Shown piece after piece: positions 18,427 to 27,394 of a DNA stretch of 64,000 nt. How positions within the stretch are numbered: position 1 is the stretch's first letter; the number at the start of each line of letters is the position of its first letter. Source of the DNA: Planctomycetota bacterium (GTDB lineage Bacteria > Planctomycetota > SZUA-567 > H5-PLA8); assembly GCA_045863855.1 (NCBI GenBank), contig BTVV01000018.1, forward strand, positions 13,440 to 77,439. Reading direction: 5' to 3'. Both the position numbers and the translations under genes were made by a program. Below the pieces are notes generated by a model. It had not been told where the DNA came from and ran no database searches. It saw only the letters and a program-made list of their open reading frames with translations.

Positions 18427-18502
18427 GGGCCCGTAGCTCAGCGGTGAGAGCGAGGGACTCATAATCCCCAGGTCGCTGGTTCGAATCCAGCCGGGCCTAC
18501 CA
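18427..18502 (+). tRNA. tRNA with CAT anticodon, most likely tRNA-Ile2 (lysidine) rather than Met
   Basis: Cloverleaf GGGCCCG/CGGGCCT, D arm GCTC/GAGC, loop CT-CAT-AA, TTCGAAT, encoded CCA. C4-G69 and C5-G68 pairs match Ile2. No initiator-type C1 mismatch. Confidence 0.9.
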
Positions 18503-18508
18503 ATTGCC

Positions 18509-21500
18509 ATGGCCACTCCAACACCGCCCTCCCCCGAACCGCTGCCGGAGACCCTGGGACCCCACGATCCCGTGCCGCCGCGGCCGGCTTCGTCGGGCAG
18601 CACCATGCCGACGGTGCTTTCCGGAAGTATCGCGGGCAAGCGCGGGCGCTCTATAGCCATCGAAAACCTGCTCGAAGACCGGCTCCTGAGCGGCGCCTCG
18701 CGGCTGAATGTGAACGGACGCTCTACGCCGGCGCTGGCGGGCATACCGCTCCTGCGCAAGCTGGGCCAAGGCGGCATGGGCGCGGTTTACCTGGGGCTGC
18801 ACCCGCGCCTGGAGCGCGAGGTCGCGGTCAAGGTGCTGCCGCTGCATCTGATGGAAAGCAACCCTCAGCTCGTCACGCGCTTTCTGCGCGAGGCGCGCAT
18901 CGCGGCGAAGATCCAGTCCCCGCACTTGGTCAACGTCTACGACGTGCACGAAGAAGGCGGGCTCTTCTTCATCGTCATGGAGTTCGTCGACGGGCAGTCG
19001 GCGGGGCAGTACCTGCGCGAGGTCCGCAAGCGCACCAGCGCCGGGCTGCCGGAAGCCGATGCGCTGGCGATCTGCGCGGGCGCGACGGCGGGCTTGGCCG
19101 CGGCGCACGCCGAAGGCGTGATCCACCGCGACGTGAAGCCCGAGAATATCCTGCTGCCGGTGGACGCCGCGGGCGCGCTGCGCCTGGGTGACGCGAAGCT
19201 GGCCGACTTGGGCCTGGCGCGGAGCGAAGATTCCGACCAGGGCCTGACCGGCACGCAGATGGTGATGGGCACGCTGGGCTACCTGGCCCCCGAACAGGCC
19301 ATGGATGCCAAGAGCGTCGGGCCCGCGGCGGATGTCTTCAGCCTCGGCGCGACGCTTTACGCGCTGCTGACCGGCACGCCGCCGTTCGAACGCCAGAGCG
19401 CCGCGAAGGCGCTGATGGACACGTTGCAGCAGCCGCACGTGCCACTGACCGAACTGCGTCCCGATGTTTCGCCGGCCGTCGTCACGCTGGTTGACCGTTG
19501 TCTGGCCAAGGATCCGGCCGCGCGCTTCCCCGATGCGGCGGGGTTGCTGGAATACCTGCAACGCATTCGCGCCGGAAACGCCATACCGCTTTCAACGCCC
19601 GGCCTGCCGCGCGTGCAAGCCGCGGCGCCGGTTTCACCTTGGCGCAAGCGCGGGATCGTCGCCGCGGCGGTGCTTTTGGGCCTGCTGGTTCTGGGCATGT
19701 TGGCGAATCGGGGTAAGCGCAACCCTGGCGGTGCACCGCCGCTGGAAGTGCGCGACCCGTTCGCGGCGGCTCTGGCCGACGGCCGCAAGGCGCTGGAAGA
19801 CCAAAAGTGGAGTGCGGCGGAAGCGGCGTTCAAGCGCGCGGCGGAACTGAAAACCGATTCGCCCGAAACCGCAGACGGCTTGGCCGCGGCGCGGGCAGGA
19901 CTGGCCGCCGACGACCTGTTCAAGCAAGCGCGTGCGGCGCTGGCGGTGCAACGCTACCAGGAAGCCGAAGGCTGCCTTGAGGCGCTCGAAGAACTGCGGC
20001 GCGAAGGCAAGCTCGTGCTGGATCGCCTGCCCGCGCTGCGTTCGACGCTGGACTCTTTGCGCAACGAGACGGGCTTGAAGGCTTGGGCCGCGTCCACGGC
20101 CGGGATGGCCACGATCGACGGCGTCTATGCGCTGGACGATGTCCGCGAAGGGCGCGCGCGCTGGGCCATGGGCCTGCAGCGGCGCGCGGGGCAGCCGGAT
20201 TCCGAGACGCGTGCGCTGGCCGCCAAGCTCCCCGAACTTTTCCGCACCGAACTGCCGCCCGGCGCGCATGCGATCGCGGAGATCCCGAATTTCGCACGGA
20301 CCGATCGGGCGCTGCTGCAACTAAGCGCGCCGTCGGTGCTGCAGGCGTTCCCCGGCGCGCCCCAAGGGGCGGGCGTGCATGCGCTGGATTGGTCGAAGCC
20401 GGTTGTCGGCGTCGTGCAGGTGCCGGGCATGTGGAAGGTCGAAGACCGTACGGCCTGGAAGTTCGGGCTGCGCTTCGAAGCCGCGCCCGGGCGCGAGGAA
20501 CAACTGCGCGGCTTCCTGAACCTGCTCTACTTCTTCGCGCAGTTCCAACCCAACGCGGTGAAGCCCGATACCGAAGGCGCGCGCTGGACAGTGACGAACC
20601 ACGAGGACTGGCGCAAGCTGCTCCCCGCCTTGCCCCGTGACGATGCGCCCGCTCGATTGCGCCGCGCGCAGGCCGACGTGAGCCTCTACGCGCGTGTTCA
20701 GGAATTGATGCGCGACAATTTCGCCGTCGTGCGCGCCATGCAGAACGACATGCCAGCGCACGAACGCGAAGCCTGGGCCTTTTTCGACCGCCTGGGTTCG
20801 GAACTGGCCGGGCTGGCGCTCAAAGCGCAGGTGCAAGCCGACGCCGTCTGGCTGCGCGGGCGCCTCTTCGCGCAGACCGGCAGCGCACTGGAAACGAACC
20901 TGCGCGCGGACAGCGGGATCCGCCGCTTGGACCGGCTCAAGGCGCTTCCGGCCGGCGCCGCGGTGGTGGTCACGGCCGGCCCGCACGAGCACACCTTCCG
21001 GGCGGCCATCGATACGTTCCTGGCCCACTGGCCGCTGCACGATCTGCCCGAAAGCTCCGAGCCGCGCGCCGACCGCGCGCGCAAGGGGCTGGTGGAACTC
21101 GCCCGGCGCGGCCTTGCCGCGTGCGATTCGCAGGCCGTCGGAGCGCTGGTGCCCAGCCCGCGCGCCAAGTACGACCATATCCTCATCGCCGCCGACGTGC
21201 CCGCGCCGCCGCCTAACCTCGAACGCCTTGCCGACGAACTCTCCGGATTCCTGAACCACCTTTTCATCTTTGGCGCTCTGATCGACAAGCAGGACCCGGC
21301 GAACGTTCCGGAGGCCATCGTCTTCGAGAAACTGCCAGGCGTGCAGCACGGGTCGACCCCGATCGCCGGCCGGCAGGTGCGGGAGCAACTGGAATTCCGC
21401 GTGGCCTGCGCGGGCGGCCGAGTCCTGATCGCCGTGGCGCCCAAGGGCAATGCGCTGGAGGCGCTGCAAGCGGCGCTGGATCGCGTGCAAGGGACCCAGG

Positions 21501-21721
21501 ACGAATCGCTCGCCGGGGAAGCCTGGTTCAAGGCGCAGTGGTCGCACTTGCCGCAGGCCGCGGCGTTGCAAGTCTTCTTGCGCCCCAAGCCCGGCCAGTC
21601 CGACGAAGCGCTCGGCTTTTACCTGCGCAGCCTCGATGGCTGCTGGGACGCCGGCCTGCGCGCGCCGGGCGTGATCTTGAAGCTGCTTCAAGCGGGACGA
21701 GAGAACGACGGTAAACCGTAA
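18509..21721 (+). CDS. Membrane Ser/Thr protein kinase with TPR-like and large extracytoplasmic region
   Basis: GQGGMGAVY, VAVK, HRDVKPEN, DLG, APE; TM helix near aa 382-398; TPR-like helices follow. Confidence 0.92.
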   Translation: MATPTPPSPEPLPETLGPHDPVPPRPASSGSTMPTVLSGSIAGKRGRSIAIENLLEDRLLSGASRLNVNGRSTPALAGIPLLRKLGQGGMGAVYLGLHPRLEREVAVKVLPLHLMESNPQLVTRFLREARIAAKIQSPHLVNVYDVHEEGGLFFIVMEFVDGQSAGQYLREVRKRTSAGLPEADALAICAGATAGLAAAHAEGVIHRDVKPENILLPVDAAGALRLGDAKLADLGLARSEDSDQGLTGTQMVMGTLGYLAPEQAMDAKSVGPAADVFSLGATLYALLTGTPPFERQSAAKALMDTLQQPHVPLTELRPDVSPAVVTLVDRCLAKDPAARFPDAAGLLEYLQRIRAGNAIPLSTPGLPRVQAAAPVSPWRKRGIVAAAVLLGLLVLGMLANRGKRNPGGAPPLEVRDPFAAALADGRKALEDQKWSAAEAAFKRAAELKTDSPETADGLAAARAGLAADDLFKQARAALAVQRYQEAEGCLEALEELRREGKLVLDRLPALRSTLDSLRNETGLKAWAASTAGMATIDGVYALDDVREGRARWAMGLQRRAGQPDSETRALAAKLPELFRTELPPGAHAIAEIPNFARTDRALLQLSAPSVLQAFPGAPQGAGVHALDWSKPVVGVVQVPGMWKVEDRTAWKFGLRFEAAPGREEQLRGFLNLLYFFAQFQPNAVKPDTEGARWTVTNHEDWRKLLPALPRDDAPARLRRAQADVSLYARVQELMRDNFAVVRAMQNDMPAHEREAWAFFDRLGSELAGLALKAQVQADAVWLRGRLFAQTGSALETNLRADSGIRRLDRLKALPAGAAVVVTAGPHEHTFRAAIDTFLAHWPLHDLPESSEPRADRARKGLVELARRGLAACDSQAVGALVPSPRAKYDHILIAADVPAPPPNLERLADELSGFLNHLFIFGALIDKQDPANVPEAIVFEKLPGVQHGSTPIAGRQVREQLEFRVACAGGRVLIAVAPKGNALEALQAALDRVQGTQDESLAGEAWFKAQWSHLPQAAALQVFLRPKPGQSDEALGFYLRSLDGCWDAGLRAPGVILKLLQAGRENDGKP

Positions 21722-21743
21722 ACGGTGAGCGGTAACCGGTGAC
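21709..21743 (+). repeat. Five degenerate heptamers (consensus CGGTAA[A/C])
   Basis: cggtaaa ccgtaaa cggtgag cggtaac cggtgac, spanning the kinase stop codon. Confidence 0.75.
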
Positions 21744-21847
21744 GGCCCACGGCGCGGTGATAGCGCGTGCCTTCCTTTTTACGCACTCCTGACGGGCTTC
21801 GCGGCGCGCAAGTGGTAGGTCTGGTCTCCGAATAAGGAGACTGACCG

Positions 21848-22855
21848 ATGGACGGGATGCCCTCTCACTCGAACGCTTCGCCCCGACCCGCGCGCACACG
21901 GTTTCGCTTCACACTGGCCGACCTGCTGCTTTTCGCCGGGTTGTGCGGATTGGCCTTGGCCCTGGTGGAACCACTGATCGCGCAGGGCTTTGGGACGCCA
22001 CCCCAAGATCGCTCGAACGCGGTGGCCTTGGTCCTGATCCTCACCGCCGCCGGGGCATTCATCGGCGTCTGGCGCTCGCGCATGAAATTGGAGAAGGCCG
22101 AGTCGAGCGTGGTGGAAGTCGTCGCCTACGTGGCGATCGCTTGGGCTTGGAGTTTCGCGTTGTACCGCTGGAACTGGATCGACGGTTTCTATGCAACTTT
22201 GGTGGCTATACCGGGCTTCGCACTCGCTTGGTGGGTAAGTGCGAAATTGGAGCTTCGGGGCGAATGGCATGTAGTAGCAATACTTACCTGTCAAATTTTT
22301 CTCCTTCCGGTGGCCAATTTTATTGCTCACCCTGCCTACCGAGTTTGGACGCGGCATCGAGTGAGTGGCTGGCAAGAATACGCTGTTATTGATGCGTGCA
22401 AGACCTACGCCGAGGCTCAGGATATTTATCGTCGCGTGGACTACGACGAGGACGGCGTACGGGAGTACGCGCTTGCAGGCATCGGCGACTACTCGCTCTA
22501 CGAAGTTCATCGCGGTCAAGGCGATCTGACCCTCATTGACGCGGCCATGGCCCAAGCGTTTGCGGGTGTGCAACCCAAAGCGGGGTACTTCTATAAGATC
22601 CTAACCGCGCAAGGACCTGCGGCGTACAACGGAGCACTCAACTACCTTGAAGAAAGCGAAGATGGCCAAGAGAACTTGGTGAATGGATACGCCATGGTGG
22701 CGTGGCCCGCGACCTATTGCGTATCGGGGAAAGATACCTTCATAGTCAGCCACCACGGCACGGTCTACCAAAAAGACCTGGGCCCCAACACCGCCAACCT
22801 CGTCGCCGCCATGTCGGAGTTCAACCCTGACAGCACGTGGGTGGTCAGCGAGTAG
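21848..22855 (+). CDS. DUF2950-domain protein with N-terminal multi-TM region
   Basis: GYFYKILTAQG, GYAMVAWPA.Y..SG..TFIVSHHG.VYQKDLG, FNPDSTW; about 5 TM helices at the N-terminus. Confidence 0.8.
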   Translation: MDGMPSHSNASPRPARTRFRFTLADLLLFAGLCGLALALVEPLIAQGFGTPPQDRSNAVALVLILTAAGAFIGVWRSRMKLEKAESSVVEVVAYVAIAWAWSFALYRWNWIDGFYATLVAIPGFALAWWVSAKLELRGEWHVVAILTCQIFLLPVANFIAHPAYRVWTRHRVSGWQEYAVIDACKTYAEAQDIYRRVDYDEDGVREYALAGIGDYSLYEVHRGQGDLTLIDAAMAQAFAGVQPKAGYFYKILTAQGPAAYNGALNYLEESEDGQENLVNGYAMVAWPATYCVSGKDTFIVSHHGTVYQKDLGPNTANLVAAMSEFNPDSTWVVSE

Positions 22856-22911
22856 ACTCCAGCTTGCAAGATTCAGGTTTCCCGCAGGTGCCGATCCGCT
22901 AATCTGATCGC

Positions 22912-23541
22912 ATGGCGAACGAACAGGATTCTCGTCTCTGCCACACATGCATAGCGCCTGTGCCGCACCGGCGCTACATCGAAGCCACCTATTGGTTGTG
23001 CCCAGCCTGCCATGAAATCTTCCTCTGGGGCCGTGGTCGTCTAACGGAGTACTTGGGAGTTGAGCCCTTAAGCATGACTCCGCGCACGAAGTTCGACGAT
23101 GAATACGGAATAGGTTCTGTGGATCTGGTGGAAATCCTGCTTGAAGTCGATGAGCGTTATGGAGTGTGGATACCCTGTGACTTGGGCATTCCGGGCCGTA
23201 CGGTTGGAGACGCCATCGCCTACATCCGCAATCAGCAAGTTAAGCGAAACGACCTTTATTGCGTATTGGTGGATGATAACAGCCGCAACCGCGACGAGGC
23301 AACTCGCTACGAGCACGGACGATTCGCGGACCGTAACACGGCTCTTACCATCGCTCGAACTATTGTAGACCACTCTCTTGCTCGGCTCCAGCAGACCGGT
23401 ATGACCCCAAACGCTTGGTTAAAAGCCTATCGTCAATTCGGGCTAAGCCCATTCATCGTATGTAATGAAGTTGGACCCATTTTTTCCTCGGAGAACTATG
23501 CCGAGAAGGCCGTTCATACGCACGGAACCGGACACAACTGA
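22912..23541 (+). CDS. Zn-ribbon + acyl-carrier-protein-like + unknown domain fusion
   Basis: CHTC...CPAC; 'DEYGIGSVDLVEILLEVDERYGVWIP...TVGDAIAYI' resembles an ACP; third segment VLVDDN...PFI. Confidence 0.55.
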   Translation: MANEQDSRLCHTCIAPVPHRRYIEATYWLCPACHEIFLWGRGRLTEYLGVEPLSMTPRTKFDDEYGIGSVDLVEILLEVDERYGVWIPCDLGIPGRTVGDAIAYIRNQQVKRNDLYCVLVDDNSRNRDEATRYEHGRFADRNTALTIARTIVDHSLARLQQTGMTPNAWLKAYRQFGLSPFIVCNEVGPIFSSENYAEKAVHTHGTGHN

Positions 23542-23638
23542 AAGCATCCCCTTCTCCCCGCCCTGCCTTTTCAATCCCCGCCGCCCGTGATACGGTGGAC
23601 GCGCAACCTAAGGCGCTCCCTTCCGGCTGGAGGAATTC

Positions 23639-24406
23639 ATGAAGATCGCCGTCTGCCTCAAGCAAGCCCCGTCGACGACCGCACGCATTCAGCCCGCCGC
23701 GGACGGCAAGAGCATCAATCTCGCCGGCGTGGAAGTGGAATTGAGTCCCTACGACGAATACGCGCTCGAAGCCGCGCTGCAGGCGAAGGACAAAGCCGGC
23801 GGCGAGGTGGTGGCGTTGAGCGTCGGGGCGGCCGGAGCGGGCGCGGTCCTGACCCACGCTTTCGCGGTGGGCGCCGACGACGCGCTGCTGGTCCAGGCCG
23901 AAGGGCTCGACGCGGCCGCCGCCGCGCGCTGTGCCGCCGCCGCGTTCAAGTCGATCCAGCCGGGACTCGTCTTCTGCGGGCGGCAGGCCATCGACGACGA
24001 CCAGTGGGAATTTCCGGCGGTCCTGGCCGAAAGCCTGGGCTGGCCGCACGTCTCCGCCGTCTGCGCGCTGGAACTCTCCTCCGATAAAGCCGCCTGCCGG
24101 CGGCGCGTGGAAGGCGGCGAGGAAGTCCTCGAAGTCGCGCTGCCCGCCGTGATCAGTTGCGACAAGGGGCTCAACGAACCTCGCAGCCCCACCCTTAAAG
24201 GAAGGCTGAACGCGAAGAAGAAACAGATCGCGGCAAAGTCGCCGGCCGATCTGGGCCTCGGCGCCGAAGCGCTAAAGCCGGCGCTGGAAGTCGTGAGCTA
24301 CGCGCCGCCGCCCGAAAAGAGCCCCGGCAAAATCGTCACCGCGCCGGCCCCCGAAGCCGCGGCGGCGCTCGTCCAGTGGCTGCGCGACGAAGCCAAGGTG
24401 CTCTGA
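23639..24406 (+). CDS. etfB: Electron transfer flavoprotein beta subunit
   Basis: MKIAVCLKQ, PYDEYALE, GRQAIDDD, NEPR.P..KG...AKKK. Confidence 0.95.
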   Translation: MKIAVCLKQAPSTTARIQPAADGKSINLAGVEVELSPYDEYALEAALQAKDKAGGEVVALSVGAAGAGAVLTHAFAVGADDALLVQAEGLDAAAAARCAAAAFKSIQPGLVFCGRQAIDDDQWEFPAVLAESLGWPHVSAVCALELSSDKAACRRRVEGGEEVLEVALPAVISCDKGLNEPRSPTLKGRLNAKKKQIAAKSPADLGLGAEALKPALEVVSYAPPPEKSPGKIVTAPAPEAAAALVQWLRDEAKVL

Positions 24407-24428
24407 GCCGCCGCGCCAGGAGATTCGC

Positions 24429-24764
24429 ATGCACGCCGAATACGTGATGCGCTGCGAGCGCTGCGGATACGAAGCCGCCGACCGCGTGCTGCACACCAGC
24501 GCCTTCAAGCGCTACGAGATCATGACCTGCACCGACTGCGAAGAAGTAGTCCAGGTTCTGATCACGGAGCTTCCTTATAAGGTGATCAAGACGCTGCCCA
24601 ACGGGATCCAGCACGTGGTCGTGCAGGCCGACCAGTTGATCGACCACGATCCCGAGTGCCCGCATTGCCACGGGCCGCGCGTGGAACCCTGGGAAGATCC
24701 GAAGTGCTGCCCCAAGTGCCGGCAGCATATGGTCAAACGGGAACTCGACAGCCAGTGGAACTAA
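24429..24764 (+). CDS. Small protein with four CxxC motifs (double Zn-ribbon/rubredoxin-like)
   Basis: CERC, CTDC, CPHC, CPKC; strong AGGAG RBS; coding-like codon usage. Confidence 0.7.
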   Translation: MHAEYVMRCERCGYEAADRVLHTSAFKRYEIMTCTDCEEVVQVLITELPYKVIKTLPNGIQHVVVQADQLIDHDPECPHCHGPRVEPWEDPKCCPKCRQHMVKRELDSQWN

Positions 24765-24809
24765 GCGGCCGCCAGCGCCGCGATCGCCATCGAAGGAGAG
24801 CCTCAGATC

Positions 24810-25790
24810 GTGGGACAAGACATCCTCGTCGTCGCCGAACTCAAGGACGGCCAACCGAAGACCGCGGTGCGGGAACTGCTGACCGCGGCGCGGCGCCTGG
24901 CCGAAGCGCTGGGCGGGCAGCCGCGCGCGGTGGCCCTGGGACCGGGCGCGGCGGGCGCTGCGGGCGAACTGGCGGCGTGGGGCGCGGCGAGCGTCCTTAC
25001 CGCCGATGAAGCGCCGTCCGGCGGCTTGCGCGCGGTGCGCGTGCTCGCGGCGGCCGTCGCGCAGATTCAGCCGGCGGCGGTGCTGCTGAGCGTCAACGCG
25101 TTCAGCCGCGACGTGGCGGCGCGGCTGGCCGCGCGGACGAACGGCGCGCTGGCGAGCGACTGCACGGGCTTAAGCGTCGCTGAGGGCAAGCTCCAGGTCG
25201 TCCGCCCGGTCTGCGCGGGGCGCGCGATTCTGACGGCCCGCCCTTGCGCCGCGGGCCCGCTGGTGGCGACCTTGCGCGCGAACAGCATCGGAGCCGAAGC
25301 GCCGGCCGCGCCCGGCGCCGGCACGGTGAGCGCGCTGGACGTTCCGGCCGATCCCGCCGACGCGCGCGTGACGCTGAAGGAGACGACCGCGACCAAGAGC
25401 GAGCGGCCCGAACTGACCGAAGCGGCGGTGGTGGTGAGCGGCGGGCGCAGCCTGGGCAGCGCGGACGCTTTCAAGACGATCTACGAACTGGCCGACGCCT
25501 TTGGCGCGGCCCCCGGCGCGAGCCGCGCGGCCGTCGACGCCGGCTACGCCCCGCACGCCATGCAGGTGGGCCAGACGGGCAAGACCGTCAGCCCCGCGCT
25601 CTACATCGCCTGCGGAATCAGCGGCGCGATCCAGCACCTCGCCGGGATGCGCACCAGCAAGTACATCGTGGCGATCAACAAGGATCCCAACGCGCCGATC
25701 TTCAAGCTCGCCGATTTCGGCATCGTCGGGGACCTCTTCGAAGTCTGTCCGGCGCTGACGGCCGAAGTAAAGAAGGCGAAGACTTCGTAA
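24810..25790 (+). CDS. etfA: Electron transfer flavoprotein alpha subunit
   Basis: VVSGGR, GASRAAVDAG, QVGQTGK, GISGAIQHLAGM, AINKD. Confidence 0.96.
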   Translation: MGQDILVVAELKDGQPKTAVRELLTAARRLAEALGGQPRAVALGPGAAGAAGELAAWGAASVLTADEAPSGGLRAVRVLAAAVAQIQPAAVLLSVNAFSRDVAARLAARTNGALASDCTGLSVAEGKLQVVRPVCAGRAILTARPCAAGPLVATLRANSIGAEAPAAPGAGTVSALDVPADPADARVTLKETTATKSERPELTEAAVVVSGGRSLGSADAFKTIYELADAFGAAPGASRAAVDAGYAPHAMQVGQTGKTVSPALYIACGISGAIQHLAGMRTSKYIVAINKDPNAPIFKLADFGIVGDLFEVCPALTAEVKKAKTS

Positions 25791-25840
25791 GCGAACGCAT
25801 TCGTCGGAGACGTTCCCACCTATAAAAGGAGCGCAGGACC

Positions 25841-27379
25841 ATGGCCTACTACCTGGGCATCGATATCGGCACATCCGGCTCGCGCGCGCTGCTGATCGAC
25901 GCGACCGGCGCCGTCCGTGCCAGCGCATCGGGCGAGCACACGTGCCAGTCGCCCAAGCCGCTCTGGTCGGAGCAGGCGCCCGCCGAATGGTGGGCGGCGG
26001 TCCGGAAGGCCGTCCCCGAAGCCGTGCGGAAAGCGGGCATCAAGCCCGAAGAGATCAAGGGGATCGGGCTCTCCGGGCAGATGCACGGCCTGACGCTGCT
26101 CGACGCGAACAACAAAGTCCTGCGCCCGGCGATCCTGTGGAACGACCAGCGCACCGCCGCGGAATGCGCGGAGATCACGCAGCGCGCCGGCGGCCTGAAG
26201 GAACTCCTGCGCCTCGTCAGCAACCCGGCGCTCACCGGTTTCACCGCGCCGAAGATGCTCTGGGTACGCAAGCACGAGCCCAAGCTGTACGAGCAGGCGC
26301 GCAAGGCGCTCCTGCCGAAAGATTACATCCGCTTCCTGCTCACCGGCGAATACGCCACCGAAGTGAGCGACGCATCGGGCACGCTGCTGCTGGACATCAA
26401 CAAGCGTGCGTGGTCGGCCGAATTGCTCAGCAAGCTCGAGATCGACGCGGCGCTGCTGCCGAAGGTCTACGAATCGCCCGAAGTGAGCGGCCGGATCAGC
26501 CCCGAGGCCAGCGCGGCCTTAGGCGGCGCGGTGCTCCCCGGCACGCCGGTGGTGGGCGGCGGCGGCGACCAGGCCGCCGGCGGCGTCGGCGCGGGCATTG
26601 TGCAGAGCGGGATTGCCTCGGTCAGTCTCGGTACGAGCGGCGTCGTCTTCCTGCACGCCGACGAGGTGAAAACCGATCCGGAAGGCCGCCTGCACAGCTT
26701 CTGTCACGCGGTGCCGGGCAAGTGGCACATGATGGGCGTCTGCCTTTCCAGCGGCGGGAGTTTCCAGTGGTTCCGTAACGCGCTGGGGCAGCCCGAAGCC
26801 GAAGCGGCGCGCAAAAGCGGGGGCGATCCGTACGATCTGCTCGTCGCGCAGGCCGCCGCCGAACCGGCCGGCAGCCGCGGCCTGTGCTTCCTGCCCTACC
26901 TCACCGGCGAGCGCACGCCGCATGCCGATCCCTATGCCACCGGCGCGTACGTCGGCATCACGCCGTCCACCACCAAGGGCGCCCTGGGCCGCGCGATTAT
27001 CGAAGGCGTCTGCTACTCGCTGCGCGACAGCTTCGAGATCTTCAAAGCGCTCAATCTGCCCGTCCGCGAAGTGCGCGTGACCGGCGGCGGCGCGAAGAAT
27101 CCCTTCTGGCGCCAGACGCTGGCCGATGTGTTCGGGCAAGGCACCTGCGGGCTCGTCGCGGCCGAAGGGCCGGCCTACGGTGTCGCGCTCCTGGCCGCCG
27201 TCGGGACCGGCGGCTTCAAAAGCGTCGAAGAAGCCTGCCGCGCGACGGTGCGCACCTGCGATCCGCTCGCCGCGAACCCCGCGCACGTCAAGACCTACAA
27301 CACCTACTATCCGCACTGGCAGCATCTGTACCGTGCGTTGAAAGGCGACTACGAGCGGCTGGCCCAAGTCGCACGGTAA
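25841..27379 (+). CDS. xylB: Xylulokinase (FGGY family)
   Basis: GIDIGTSG, SGQMHG, ILWNDQR, GFTAPK, GGGDQAAG, PYLTGERTP, GGGA. Confidence 0.9.
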   Translation: MAYYLGIDIGTSGSRALLIDATGAVRASASGEHTCQSPKPLWSEQAPAEWWAAVRKAVPEAVRKAGIKPEEIKGIGLSGQMHGLTLLDANNKVLRPAILWNDQRTAAECAEITQRAGGLKELLRLVSNPALTGFTAPKMLWVRKHEPKLYEQARKALLPKDYIRFLLTGEYATEVSDASGTLLLDINKRAWSAELLSKLEIDAALLPKVYESPEVSGRISPEASAALGGAVLPGTPVVGGGGDQAAGGVGAGIVQSGIASVSLGTSGVVFLHADEVKTDPEGRLHSFCHAVPGKWHMMGVCLSSGGSFQWFRNALGQPEAEAARKSGGDPYDLLVAQAAAEPAGSRGLCFLPYLTGERTPHADPYATGAYVGITPSTTKGALGRAIIEGVCYSLRDSFEIFKALNLPVREVRVTGGGAKNPFWRQTLADVFGQGTCGLVAAEGPAYGVALLAAVGTGGFKSVEEACRATVRTCDPLAANPAHVKTYNTYYPHWQHLYRALKGDYERLAQVAR

Positions 27380-27394
27380 GCGCCGCAGGCGCGT

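Noticed and set aside
18427..18502. Calling the CAT tRNA initiator or elongator Met
   Set aside because: It lacks initiator features, and the acceptor stem fits Ile2 better. Elongator Met is not fully excluded without a covariance-model search.
21709..21743. CRISPR-like array
   Set aside because: Only 7-bp degenerate units with no spacers, and no cas genes in the window.
22990..23015. CPACH as a heme c attachment site
   Set aside because: There is no export signal, and it pairs with an upstream CHTC, which fits a Zn ribbon better.
18427..23600. Genomic island integrated at the tRNA
   Set aside because: I saw no integrase and no duplicated tRNA 3' end; the kinase has host-like composition.
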